Assembly (NCBI RefSeq): GCF_000372725.1
Contig: NW_005202428.1
Span: 707,221-771,220, forward strand
Length of the DNA stretch: 64,000 nt
DNA from: Emiliania huxleyi CCMP1516
Lineage: Eukaryota
Direction: 5' to 3'
Of the stretch, positions 1 through 11,453 are shown one piece after another; the stretch's first letter is position 1, and each line of letters starts with the position of its first letter. A program made the translations under genes and the position numbers. The notes under the pieces are model-generated. The model had not been told where the DNA came from, made no database searches, and worked only from the letters and a program-made list of their open reading frames with translations.

Positions 1-85
1 CTCATTCACTCGTCCAGGCGCGACCAGGTAGGGTCAACAAGAAGGGGCCAACAGAAAAATCCTAATAATTTCTTATCATGCCCGG

Positions 86-205
86 GTATCTCCGGGAGAT
101 CTCGGGGGATCTCGGGGGATCTCCGGGCGATCTCGGGCGATCTCGGGGGATCTCGGGGGAATCTCGAGGGATCTCGAGGGATCTCGGGGGATCTCGGGGA
201 GATCG
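86..205. repeat. ATCTCGGGGG-type intronic minisatellite
   Basis: About 11 degenerate 10-bp units (atctcggggg/atctcgaggg) inside PES1 intron 5. Related runs occur at ~6070-6110, ~7340-7380 and ~17335-17410. Confidence 0.85.
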
Positions 206-208
206 CAC

Positions 209-1313
209 CAGATGGTCGAGCTTGTAGACAGGCCGCCTGGCGTCGAGCCTCCTCGCCTCCTTCTTCTCGTGCCTAATCTCGCGCGATCTCGCGTGATTCG
301 GGGGCGCTCTCGGCCGCCTCGCCGCCCGCCGCCCTTGTCGCGCGCGGAAGGATGAAGGAGAGGTGGGTCTGTGCCGAAGAGTTGCAAGACACGCCCTCGC
401 CCCCCGCGTCTACCTCTCTCTCTCTCGCGCGCCTTCCGACGGCGCGGCGGATCTTCTTGAGGAAGGCCTGAGGAGAGGCAGGCTCCGAGGAGGGGTCGTG
501 GGCGGGGCTGCGCCTCTGGGAGGGGTGAGGGAGGAGGGAGGGAGGGAGGGAGAGGGAGAGGGAGAGGGAGAGGGAGGGAGGGAGGGAGGGAGAGAAAAGA
601 GGGAGGGAGAGGGAGAGGGGTGTGTCAGGCCTTTTGCTCGCGGAACTTGTGCAGCAGCGGCTCGTGTGCGAGGAAGGCGATGTCCTTGGCGAAGTAGTAC
701 GTCGTGTTGCCGCCCTGGGGAGGACGAGCGCGAGGGGAGGCGCGGCGGTGAGGGACGGGCGGCGGCGAGGGAGCGCGGCGGCGAGGGTGGCGGCGAAGGA
801 GGCAGCGGGGAGGAGGGAGAGGCAGCAGGCGGCAGCAGGCGGCGACGCGGTGGGAGGCGGCAGCGAGGGCCCGTCGGCGCCTTGAACTTCTTCTTTGGCT
901 CGCGCGGGTAGATGCCCTTGAGGATGCAGAGCCGCCGGAAGTCCTTGAGCGTCACCTGCGCGCGAACGGCGTGAGCGCAGTCAGGCCGCCGCCGCTGAGC
1001 TGCCATTGCGCCTCCCGCCGACCGTCGCCGCAGCCCTCCGCTCCCATCCCGCCGTTGGCGAAACACGAAAAATGCCGCTGCCCGCACCGCTAGACGGCCG
1101 TGGCAGCGCGTCATCCCCACCCGCTCCCAGAGGCGGCCGGGCTGCCCGCGCCTGCAGCTTCTTGACGGCCGCGGTGCGGGTCATGTACCGCGCCTCGGAG
1201 CCAACCTTGCGGCGCGTCTTGCCGATGCTGTTCTTGTTCTCGAACTTCTTCTTCTGCTTGACGTTGGAGCGCTTCTCAGCGCGCGCCTTGGCGGCCTCGC
1301 CGGCCTTTGCCAT
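209..1313 (-). CDS. PES1: Pescadillo homolog (PES1/Nop7), N-terminal part; 3' end not found in window
   Basis: Exons 1313-1152, 955-881, 714-631, 467-~433 and ~272-209 splice to YMTRTAAVKKLQ|VTLKDFRRLCILKGIYPREPKKKFK|GGNTTYYFAKDIAFLAHEPLLHKFREQK|AFLKKIRRAVGR|HEKKEARRLDARRPVYKLDHL, the Pescadillo N-terminal domain. The first four introns are GC-AG. Confidence 0.93.
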
Positions 1314-1701
1314 GCCGTCGCGTCGTCTACGCGGCCTGTCGAGTAGAGGCCCCGCCCACCCAGGGTACCCCTCTCGAGGGACCCATTGTGCTCTCTCGAG
1401 GGCTCGCCGGGGCTCTGCTCCAAGAGACCTCGAGAGTGCGTGCGTGTGCCTCTACTCGCCAGTACGCGGCCACCCACAGCCTGGCCAAAAAGAATTTTAC
1501 AAGGCAGGAAAAGAAAGGAAAAGAAAAGAAAAGAAACGAAAAGAAAAATCGAAAGCTTCTAAAACAACAACAAAAGTGCTAAACTGAATAGCGACGTAAA
1601 CTTCTCGACAACGTCTAGGTTCCTATCCTAGAATGTGACGCCCTCGGCGCTGCATGCACTTCCAAGTGTAAGATTGCCGAGAGTTGGTTCTCCCGCCTCG
1701 C

Positions 1702-4619
1702 TCAGGCAACGCGGAGCTGCATCCATAGCATCACCGGCTCGCGGCAGATAGGGCACCGCTCCATCCTAGCGGAGCAGGGGCCGCATGCGCACTGGTGGCC
1801 GCAGGGAGCCGCGACGTGCGATTTCGGGTTGGTGAAGCACACAGAGCACGTGGTCTCACCGCCGAGGGTCGACTCGGGGACGGCCGGTCTGCCGGTGTCG
1901 AAGTTGGCGTCCGCCAGAGAGACGCTCGCGAGAGGTGCGACCGTGTCCTCATCACCGCCGGCAGCCTCCCCTGCATCGTAGGGGTGGCTCGCTCCCACGA
2001 GCGCGGACAGGACCGCCACCGCCTGCTCCTGAAGTGTGCCCTGCGGCTCGATCTCGAGCGTGTCGTTTGCTCGTTTTATCAACTCGGCCACACTCTCCTC
2101 CGCCTCCGTGCCAAGCTGCTCCGCGATCCTCGTCGCCACCGTCGGGTCCACCGCCGCCGCCGCCGCCGCCGCCGCGGCGGCGGCCCGCTCTCGCTCGATC
2201 ACGTTGGCCTCCTCCCTCGCGCGCTCCGCAGCTTCCTCTGCCTCAGCCGCTGCCTCTGCCGCTGCCGCTGCCTCTGCTTCTGCCCGCTCCTGTTCAAGCG
2301 CCTCCCTCTCAGCCACCTCCCTTGCACGTTGCGCCTCTGCCTCTGCCGTTGCCGCTGCCGCCGCCCGTATGGAATCCAGCACGCGGTTTTGGGAGATCCG
2401 TATGGCCTCTCTCTCCGCCGTTTCTCTCGCGCGCTCCGCGGCCCGCTCCGGCTCGAGCGTCTCCCTCTCAGCCGCCCGTGCCTCTCTCTCCGCCATTTCT
2501 CTCGCGGCGCGAACCTCGCGCACAAGGCGGCGTTCCGCTGCCTCGAGATCCGCTTTCAATCCTTGGCACTCATGCCTCCGCTCCACCTCAGCCGCCCTCT
2601 CGGCATCGTCCCGCTGTCGATTTGGCCCCGCCGCTCCCCGTGCCACCAGCCTCTCTGGCCGCCTCTGCCGCCCTGGCCGCTGCCGCTGTCCCCGCTCCGG
2701 CTCCCTCGCATTGCCTTGCATCAGATGATCTGTGGCACTGGCTGCATTTGGCCCCTCGCTCGCCGCCGCGCGCCAAAGGCAGAGGACAGCTTGAAGGCCG
2801 GCGGCGGAGATGGCGAGGGTAGGGTGGGCGGCGGAGGCAAAGTCGGAAATGGCGGGGTAGGCGGCCTGCTTGGCGGCGAGGATGGTTACAAAAGTGGCGG
2901 AGATGAGGGCCCAACTAACGATGTCTAAGGCTGTGAGAGCCCACGTGGAGAGGGCGGTCGCCCAACACCACAAGGAGCGAAGCCCCTGCGACACATATCC
3001 AAGGATCTGCCGGTATGGCTGGACGGCGTCTCGCATCACCTCCAGCGCGGTTGGCTGGCGCGGCCGTCGTCGTGCTGCACGCCTCCGGTGCGGCTGGAGA
3101 TGCAACTTTGCGCTCTTGAGCACTCCCCATAGGAGGGGAGTGCACAGCACAAGCAGCACGCTCAGCAGGGCTGACCAAAAGAGGCTGAAAATAGGGAGAA
3201 TCAATACGCCGGCAGAACCGTCGTATTCAAGGAGAGCTTCGATGCATTCGGGTTGCCCTTCAGCTCGGCGTACTTCAGCGCCGTATCGCCGTCCTCATCG
3301 CGCAACCGGGCATCCGCGCCCGCCCGCATCAGCTTGCGCACGATGGCAGGGTAGTTGCGGCCGGCGGCGTGCATCAGCGCGGTGGCGTTGTCGCTACTCT
3401 GTAGGTCGACCTCCGCGCCGTTCCGCAGCAGGACGTCGACTAGCTGCTCGTGGCCGGTGAAGGCGGCGCTCATCAACGCTGTCCAGCCCTCGCTGCTTCC
3501 CAGGTTCGCCTCCGCGCCGTTTCGCAGCAATATTTTGGCCAGCCGCTTATGACCGCTGTTCGCGGCGACCATCAGAAGCGTGAGGTCCCTCGTAACAGCA
3601 GTCTCGTACCTTGCGTTGACTCGCCCGCCGATTTCGACCCACGCCAGCACCGCTACCTCGTCGCCTCGCTCAGCCGCGTCCACGACCTCTCTTGGCACCT
3701 CGCCATCCACGTATGTCTCATCCTTGAGGATGCGCGCGCACTCGGTGTGGCCCGCCTCTTCTGCGAGCTCCAGCGCCGTGGCGCCGAGACCGTCTGTCGT
3801 CTTCGTTTCTGCGCCCGATTGCAGCAGCCGCAGCACAATAGCTGGTTGGCAATCGTTGCTAGCGGCGAACATCAGCGCGGTCCAGCCGTCGAAGTCCTGC
3901 AGGTTGACCTCAGCGCCGTGCCGAATCAGCAGCTCGACCACCCGCTCGCGGCCTTCCTGGGCGGCAGCCATCAGCGCGGTGCCGCCGCCTCTGCCCAGCA
4001 GGTTGACATCAGCGCCGCGCCGCAGTAGCAGGTCGATCACCCGCTCGTGGCCTTGCTGGGCGGCGGCCATCAGCGCGGTGATACCAATGGCATCCGGCCG
4101 GTTGACCTCCGCGCCGTGCTGCAACAGCAGGTCGGCCACACGCGCGTGACCTCTGCCGGCGGCCCACATTAACGCGGTCCAGCCGTCGTCGTCCCGCAGG
4201 TTGACCTCAGCGCTATGTTGAAGCAGCAACTCGACCACCCGCTCGTGGCCTGCGGTGGCGGTGTACACAGCGGCGGCGCGAATGAGCGCAGTGCTTCCGA
4301 AGTCACTTTTCCGGAAGTCACTGTTCCGCAAATTGACCTCTGCACCGCGTCGCAGCAGAGCGTCGACCACAACCTCGCGGCCGTTGGAAGCGGCAAGCAT
4401 CAGAACTGTGTCGCCACTCCTGTGGCATGCATTGACCTGCCCGCCACCGTCGAGCCATGCCAGCACTCCTGCTGCGTCGCCTCGCGCAATCTGCCAGAGC
4501 CTATCGGGCACCGCCCCGCCATTCGACGCGCCACTATCTGTGCTCTCAAGCGCTGATTCGAGCCCAAGTGCCGATGTGAGGAGCAGCAAGAGACTCAGCT
4601 TCCCGGCACTGAACCACAT
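1702..4619 (-). CDS. Signal peptide + ankyrin repeats + hydrophobic/TM segments + coiled coil + C-terminal C3HC4 RING; one gene split by a 1-nt frameshift at ~3250
   Basis: ORF 4619-3201 has ~10 ankyrin repeats (GWTALMWAAGRGHARVADLLLQHGAEVN). ORF 3204-1702 ends in CSVCFTNPKSHVAAPCGHQCACGPCSARMERCPICR. Adding one base at AAC CC GAA gives KGNPECIEALLEYDG, in frame with the second ORF. Confidence 0.82.
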
Positions 4620-4863
4620 CGCGTAAGCGCGCGCAGCGCCACTTTCTTTTCACCGCATTGCCTCAGCTTCGCCACTAACTCGCGCCAAAACGCCCTACCT
4701 ACCTACCTATCCCCAGGCCGCGCAGTGACGTGAAAAAAGATGAAAATAGCCGGTACCTACCTATTGCAGTGCCCTTTTGGGTGAAACAAGACCAATCTAC
4801 CTACCTATCTGGGAGGGGCCAGCCACTCGCAGACCCCTATCCGGCTAGGAGCCGGAACCCTGA

Positions 4864-5528
4864 ATGTCAACGGCCGAGGTCCTCTCGCTCTCGGACTCCG
4901 CCGAGGAGACCGTGGACCTGTCAGCCAGCCTGAGCCAGCTGGAGCTGTCGGGCGAGGTGGTGGAGCGCCCACAGGGCGTCGGAGGAGACGACCTCTCGGG
5001 CCACCTCTCCGACACGGCCGACCTGTCGACCAGCGGCCTTCACCTCGGCAGCCACTTTGAGCCGGCGCTGCCACCCGATGCGCCAGCTCGGGCCGCGCCA
5101 GCGCCACCAGCGCCGCTGAACCCTTTCCTGGCCGAAAGCGTCGGCCGTGGCGGGACAGCCGGCGGGAGCGCACTTATCGAGGAGGCGGTGGAGAGGCCGA
5201 AGGAGGCGGAGGAGGAGGAGGAGGAGGTGTACGTGGATGATTTCGACGACTCGGACGGCTCGCTATCCGCTCCGCGCGGCCCGCTGGCGGCGCGGGCAAA
5301 CGAGGCGCGCCGCGTCGAGGCGGCGCAGCGCGAGGAGGCGAAAGAGAAGATGGCGGTCGAGCGGCGTGCCAAGAGGGAGGCGTCGAGGCGAGCGGCGACA
5401 TGAAGCGGCTGCCGGCGGCCAGGAGGCGCCCTGGGACCGCCTCGCAACCTCTCTCTAGGCGAGCGGCGAACGACGCGCCTGCGCAGACGGCGGCGGCGCC
5501 TGCACTATTGCCGGCGGCGACACCGGCA

Positions 5529-5559
<31 letters not shown>

Positions 5560-8171
5560 TGGCGACGCCTACGGCTGTGCCCGCGTCTGTGCCCGGCTGG
5601 CTCGCGGGCCCGCCGGTTCTGGCGGCAGAGCCTGGCGGTGCGGCGGGAGCCGGCGGCGGCGGTCTCGGCGGGCCGAGGGATTGGGAAGAGGTTGTTCAAG
5701 GGCGCGGCGGTCGGGCGCGAGATCACGGCGGGGCGGCTGCACTTGGCCGAGACCGTGGCCAGCATGCGGCGGCGAGGGAGGGGGAGGGGGAGGGGGAGGG
5801 CGCGCTGTCTGCCCTGCTCGCCGAGGCGGCCAAGCAGCAAGCTGCGCTGCGCGAGGAGCTGGCGGAGGAGAGGGCGCGCGCGGGGCGGCGCGAGGAGGAG
5901 GCGCGGGCGAGGCACGAGCAGGCGCTGGCGGCGGCTGGCGAGCAGCACGCGGCCGCTCTCGACGCGCAGCGCAAGGCGCTCGAGACGCAGCACGCGGCCG
6001 CGCTGCAGCTGGCGCAGGCGGAGGCGCTCTCTCGCGCGCGTCAGGCGGAGGGGCCGCTGTCGTCGATCCAGATCTCGGGGTGATCTCGGTCAATCTCGGT
6101 CAATCTCGCGGCAGGCGGAGGAGTCGCTCGCTTCGATCCAGGGTCGGCACGAGGCGGAGGCGGCGGCGGCGGCGGCCCTCGCCGACAAGGTCGCTGCGGA
6201 GCGCGAGGCAGCGGCGGAGCGTCGGGTCTCGTTCGAGCAGGAGAAGAGACACTCCCGAGACGCTGCCGAGACATTGCGAAGACACTTCAGAGAAGACTCT
6301 TCAGAGACACTTCCGCGACGCCACGGGCTGCTCCCCTAGTCGGACCCCTCCCCGAGCCGTCCTGCAGGAGCGCGCAAGGCAGGAGATGGCGCAGGCGCGC
6401 GCGCTGCTCGAGTCGGCGCTGGCGGCGCGCGGCCCGACGGGGAGGGGAGCGGCCCACGGCATTCTGCTCCTGGAGTCCACAGCCCTTCTGTGCACAGGCG
6501 CGCGACCGCACGCACGGCGAGGCGCTCGAGGCGGCCCGCAAGCAGGCGGAGCAGGAGGTGGCACACCACGAGGCTCTGCTCGAGCAACGGCTGGCCGCCG
6601 CGGCGCGCGAGACTGCGGAGGCGACCGCAGCCGACCGGCGAGTGCACGAGGCGGAGCTGGCGCCGATTGGCTCCGCGCTCATTCCTCGTCGTTGGATTGA
6701 TAGGCGAGTGCACGAGGTGGAGCTGGCGCAGCTGCGGCAGGTGACGGAGGCGACGCTCTCAGCCAAGGACCGGCAGCACGCGGAGCAGGTCAAGCGGCTG
6801 GAGGCGCTGCACCGCGAGCAGTGCGCCGCGTACGGCGTGCTGCAGCAGCAGGGCGGCGCACTCTCCAAGCTGGCGACCGACGTGGGAAGAACGGCGGAGG
6901 GGCTCGTCGTGCTGCGCGAGAAGATGGAGCAGGACCTGTGGAAGACGGTGCTCAAGGGCGAGGCGGCGATGCTCGAGAAGGAGGGGGCGCTCAACGAGGT
7001 GCAGGCGCAGCGCGAGAAGCTGTGGGCGGAGCGCGAGGCGCTGGTCGCTGCGATGCGGAGCGAGCTCGACGCCGAGCAGCAGCGGATGGCGGCGGCGTGG
7101 CGGAGCGGCCGGACAGAGTGGGAGGCCATGCAGGCTGAGCACAACGAGCTGCGCTCCCAGCTAGCGCAGCGCGCCGTCGAGATCGACGCGCTGCAGCAGC
7201 GCGTCGTGGCGGAGATGGCGGGCGCCGTCGCCACGCTGCAGGCGGAGCGCAAGCTCTTCGCGCAGGAGCGCGGGCTGTGCCGCGACGAGCGGTCGGCGCT
7301 CTCTCGCGCGCTGGTGTGGCACCGCGGCGAGGGGTCGCCAATCTCGGCGAATCTCGGGGAACTCTCGGCGAGTCTCGCGCTTAGGTGGAGCACCGCGGCG
7401 AGGTGTCGCGCCACCGCGAGGCCATCTTCAGCTCGCTGGAGGAGCTCGCATCGGAGAAGGCGCGGTCGGCGCAGCAAGGCTTTCTGAGTTAGTGGTGGAT
7501 CCATCACGGTTGTGATCAATTTCATTAGGAGCGCACGGTGCAGCAGGCCACCCTGCAGGGAGCCCAACTCGAGCAGCGGCGCCAGGCGGCTAAGCTGCCC
7601 CCTGCCTTTACCTCATCATCATCATTATCACTATCGTTCTTGTTGTTTTCATCGCCAGGCGGCCGAGCTGCAGATCAGGAGCTCGCAGCTGGAGCGCGCC
7701 GCCGCCGCCAAGGAGATTGCGGCGGTGACTGGCCTGATGGCGACGCTGCAGCAGGACAAAGAGGCCATCGAGCGCGAGTCGGAGCGGCTATTGCGCGAGC
7801 GGGAGGCTATGGCGCGCCACGAAGGCGACACGGGCCAGGCTGCCGCGGGCGCACACGGGACGAGCGCTGCGGGGCCGGCGGGGGCGGGGCCGGCAGAGGC
7901 GTCCGCAGCCGCGGCGCACCTCTCGCCGGCCTCTCTCCCACCGCCGCCACAGCCGCCGCCGCAGCCACCCGCGTTCCCCGCGTCCGTGTCGCCCGAGTCG
8001 CACCGTGCCGCCCCTGCGCTGGCGGCGTCCGTGCATGCCGCCAGCGCACGGAGGGCGCACATCGAGCACACCCTCGCCGGCCTGAGCGCCCGGCTGGGTG
8101 GCGGCGGCGGCCCGCGCGGTGCGGGCGGCGCCGCCGGGGCGGGCGGGCTGGGGCTTGCGGGCTTTGTGTAG
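4864..8171 (+). CDS. Multi-exon coiled-coil protein, function unknown
   Basis: ATG at 4864. Successive E/A/Q/R-rich helical segments in ORFs 4864, 5400, 6558 and 7512 are separated by GC/GT-AG introns (e.g. 6638-6703). Stop at 8171. The exon structure is only partly resolved. Confidence 0.6.
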
Positions 8172-8588
8172 GAGACGAGGTCGGGGTCATGGCAGCGCCT
8201 GAACGTGCCCATTGCGGCCTCCTAAGGGCGCGGCGCTGCATTGGGGCTGCGGCCGAGGCGGTGTTCCCCTGGTCCGCGCCCCGACGGCCGAGCACAAGAC
8301 GCAATGGATCTACACATCAAGCACTTTGCTCTTTGGATCTCGGAGGTCTCTGATCTACACAAGACCCGAAATCGATCTGTATAAGTTATAACAAGACCCA
8401 AAAAAGTCTCTGCTATCTCTTTCACGCCAGTCCCGTGCCCAGTGTTGTGCGAGGGAGCTTTGTTGTAAATTTATTTCTCTGCTGGCGGTCGAGGCTCGAG
8501 CCTGGTGTCGGCGATACGGATTACGGTGTTTCCGTACAATTCTTTTTTCGGGACCGGTCCTGGCCACGCAAGTTTCTCCGTCCGTCCC

Positions 8589-8654
8589 GTCTCTTCGACT
8601 CGATGGCCGACGCAGACGCAGGTCTCTTCGACTCGATGGCCGACGCAGACGCAG
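8589..8654 (+). repeat. 33-bp tandem duplication containing the start codon
   Basis: gtctcttcgactcgatggccgacgcagacgcag occurs twice. It is followed by three copies of cccgcttcaggcttcgaggcggactcg (PASGFEADS). Confidence 0.9.
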
Positions 8655-9916
8655 AGGCGTTCGTCATAGTCGGCGTCGCTGCAAAACCCGCTTCAGGCTT
8701 CGAGGCGGACTCGGTCGTCGGCGTCATCTCTCCCGCTTCAGGCTTCGAGGCGGACTCGGTCGTCGGCGTCGTCTCTGCAGAACCCGCTTCAGGCTTCGAG
8801 GCGGACTCGCTAGCAGCCCGCATCGAGCAGGTCCGGCTCGCCCTCGGCCTCGCCCCAGAACCGCTGCCCGCCGTCGTGGACAAGGCCGCCGCGGTGCTCA
8901 GCCTGTTCGACGAGTTGAAGGGCGAGCGATTCGTCGCCAAGGCCGCTGCTTGCTATGCCGCGCTCTTCAAGGCCGCGGCTGTCGTCCAAAAGGACACCAC
9001 GCTGGCGGCGAGCACCTCCTCGTGGGACCTGTCCGGCGCGGTTCCGTTCGTGCTGTCCGCGCGCGTGCGCACCACGCAGGCGTCCGGCACAATCCTGGCC
9101 AAGGCCTTCCCTGACGGGCGGTGGCGCAACGGCGGCGGGGCTGGCCAGGCCAAGCTGCTCTTCCTGCGCGGCGGCCGCGTGTGCTTCGACATCGGCTGGG
9201 TCGGCTCCATCACGGGCAGCACGCAGGTCAACGATGGCGATTGGCACGACGTGGCGCTCCGCTTCAACGCCGCGCTGGGCGTCTACCAAGTCCTGCTCGA
9301 CGGCGCTGTTGACGGCGCGGGGCTCAACGCGGTGTCCGACCACCCTGACTTGTGCGTGTACTCCCGCATCCCAGTCGGCCACCGAGTCTCCGACGGCGTC
9401 GCCAACGGCGACATGGCGAGTCGCTTCGAGGGCGACATCGAGGATCTCACGTACGAGAGCGCGCGCCACGCCGCCGCCTTCTCCATGGTGCAGGGCCACG
9501 CCTCCGTCTGGGTCAGTCAAAACTACTCTGCGCGCAAGTGGAAGATCGTCAGTGACGAGACGGTCAAGATTGAAGAGGGTGCAGGCTCCGCCTTCCGAGT
9601 CGTGCCTGGGCTAACGGGCGAAAAGGGCACCGTCTCTTTCGAGGACGCCGCGCGGCCCGGCCGCTACCTGCGCCATGCGGGCTACGCCATGCGCTGCCAC
9701 AGCAGCAGCCATGGCGGCCCCTTCGCCCTCGATGCCACCTTCCGCCCCAGGCCAGCGCTGACGGGGGAGCCGGGCTTCGTCTCCTACGAGTCGGTCAACT
9801 TTCCGAGCCGCTACATCTCCCACCGCGGCTTCCATCTGCGCATCGAGCACGCCGAGGACAGCACGCTCCACCGCAACGACGCTTCGTTCCGCATCGAGAC
9901 CTCTGCTCGCTATTGA
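8603..9916 (+). CDS. Intronless LamG/concanavalin-like domain + AbfB (CBM42) carbohydrate-binding domain protein
   Basis: LamG-like VNDGDWHDVAL...VLLDGAVD...FEGDIEDL. CBM42 motifs FRVVPGLTG...VSFEDAARPGRYLRH, DATFRPRPALTG...VSYESVNFPSRYISH and NDASF. First ATG at 8603 (duplicate at 8636). Confidence 0.8.
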   Translation: MADADAGLFDSMADADAEAFVIVGVAAKPASGFEADSVVGVISPASGFEADSVVGVVSAEPASGFEADSLAARIEQVRLALGLAPEPLPAVVDKAAAVLSLFDELKGERFVAKAAACYAALFKAAAVVQKDTTLAASTSSWDLSGAVPFVLSARVRTTQASGTILAKAFPDGRWRNGGGAGQAKLLFLRGGRVCFDIGWVGSITGSTQVNDGDWHDVALRFNAALGVYQVLLDGAVDGAGLNAVSDHPDLCVYSRIPVGHRVSDGVANGDMASRFEGDIEDLTYESARHAAAFSMVQGHASVWVSQNYSARKWKIVSDETVKIEEGAGSAFRVVPGLTGEKGTVSFEDAARPGRYLRHAGYAMRCHSSSHGGPFALDATFRPRPALTGEPGFVSYESVNFPSRYISHRGFHLRIEHAEDSTLHRNDASFRIETSARY

Positions 9917-10733
9917 GAACAAATATGCAAGACGCGGCGCACGATGCATGATGCATCCGACCAAGCACCCTCTGTCCAGCGCTGGCAGCGCTCCCCCCCC
10001 CACAGTATGAATCGCGTTTCCCTTCTTATGTTCCTTTGCAATCGCCGTCTCATACTGGCAGTCCTCTGGTGCCGAGCGTGCAGGGGTCGCGCCTCCGACC
10101 TCCGTGTGTGACCTCCCGGCCTAACTAAACGGTCTCCCTGCGAAAACCCAAAATGTACGGCCGCACTCTACCGTTCACCTGTCCCCCTGATCGTCCTTCC
10201 AAAATCCTGCTCGTGCAGGTGGGGACCCTGTCCTCGTCCCCGCACCTCTTTTCTTTCTTTCTTTCTTACTATGTATTTAAGACACATGACCATGACTGGA
10301 CGCCGGAGAGGGAGAGAGATTTGTTTGTTGTTGACGCCGGAGGTAAGAATGCAGACTAACGAAGGAGCAGCGGCCGGAGCTCGCCGCGCTCACCATGCCC
10401 GAGCGCATGTCCCTCGCCGTGCTCAAGGTGCCGCCGCCGCCCTATATTCTTCTCTCGCTCCTCTCCCCGTGCCTTGGTCTGTTGTTTAAAATTAGGTGCC
10501 CGGTAGGCTTGGCTGCAAAGGGGATTTTCGCGTTTTGTTTTTTATTCAGGGTTTTGCAACTGATTCCGTTTGCAACAAACGGAATCAAGAAAAGAAAGGA
10601 TCCCAAAAGCCCGCGGCGTCTCGTGCTCGACCGTATACTACCTCCCTGTAACTACCTCCCTGTAACTACCTCCCTGTATCGAAAACACGCGAGGTCGCGG
10701 CTCTTGCGTGTAAACTTGAGTGCCACATGCCAG

Positions 10734-11303
10734 TCACCGCGCGGAATGTACGTAGTAGCTCGGAGCATCCACTGTGCCGGCTGTGATGCGGCCGCAGTCT
10801 TGTTGCTTCCGCGATGTGGTGAAATTGAGCCTCATCACATCGCCGTTTGAATGCAAGAAGTAGAGCAGCACATGAGCATCCGCCGCCACAGATGCGGTTC
10901 GGTCGGTGCTGTCGCGGATTGCATCGCGTGCAGCTCGTGCCAAGCGCGGGTACTTTTGCAGCCGTGAGCCCTTGGTTGTGGCATGAACCCAATGAAGGTT
11001 TGTCTCATCGATGAGCAGAGCTTCAGCCGCGCTCCTCACAGCCTGCAAACCAGCACCTTCGCCAGTAGCCTCGTAATGCACTGCATACGCCCACACTTCA
11101 TACTGTTTTTCGGGTGTACTGTTGGCAAACAAGACACAGAGCTCACACAGAATCACAGCGGGAGGGAACTGTGCTTTAGCCTCGGCAAGCTCTTCGAGAC
11201 TCTTATCGACGTCATCGACACGTCGCTGCGGCGATGCTGGCTCCATCAAAGCTTGCACATGTTCCACCAGGCCTTCTAATTCCTTTTCAGTCTTGCCACT
11301 CAA
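10734..11303 (-). CDS. Hypothetical protein or gene fragment
   Basis: 189-codon ORF with globular-looking composition in a lower-GC stretch. It has no ATG start and no recognised motif. Confidence 0.25.
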   Translation of the reverse strand: MSGKTEKELEGLVEHVQALMEPASPQRRVDDVDKSLEELAEAKAQFPPAVILCELCVLFANSTPEKQYEVWAYAVHYEATGEGAGLQAVRSAAEALLIDETNLHWVHATTKGSRLQKYPRLARAARDAIRDSTDRTASVAADAHVLLYFLHSNGDVMRLNFTTSRKQQDCGRITAGTVDAPSYYVHSAR

Positions 11304-11453
11304 CGCATCCCGCAGTATCGAAAAAGCACGTGAAATTCTTTATGCGAGGCATTTTCACCGCCAGGATGTGAGGCGCCCGAGGCGCCCAAGGCTTCGGCGG
11401 CGGCAGCTCAATCTCTCTGATTTCACGCCGCCCTGCCGCACAGGCGCCTCCTC

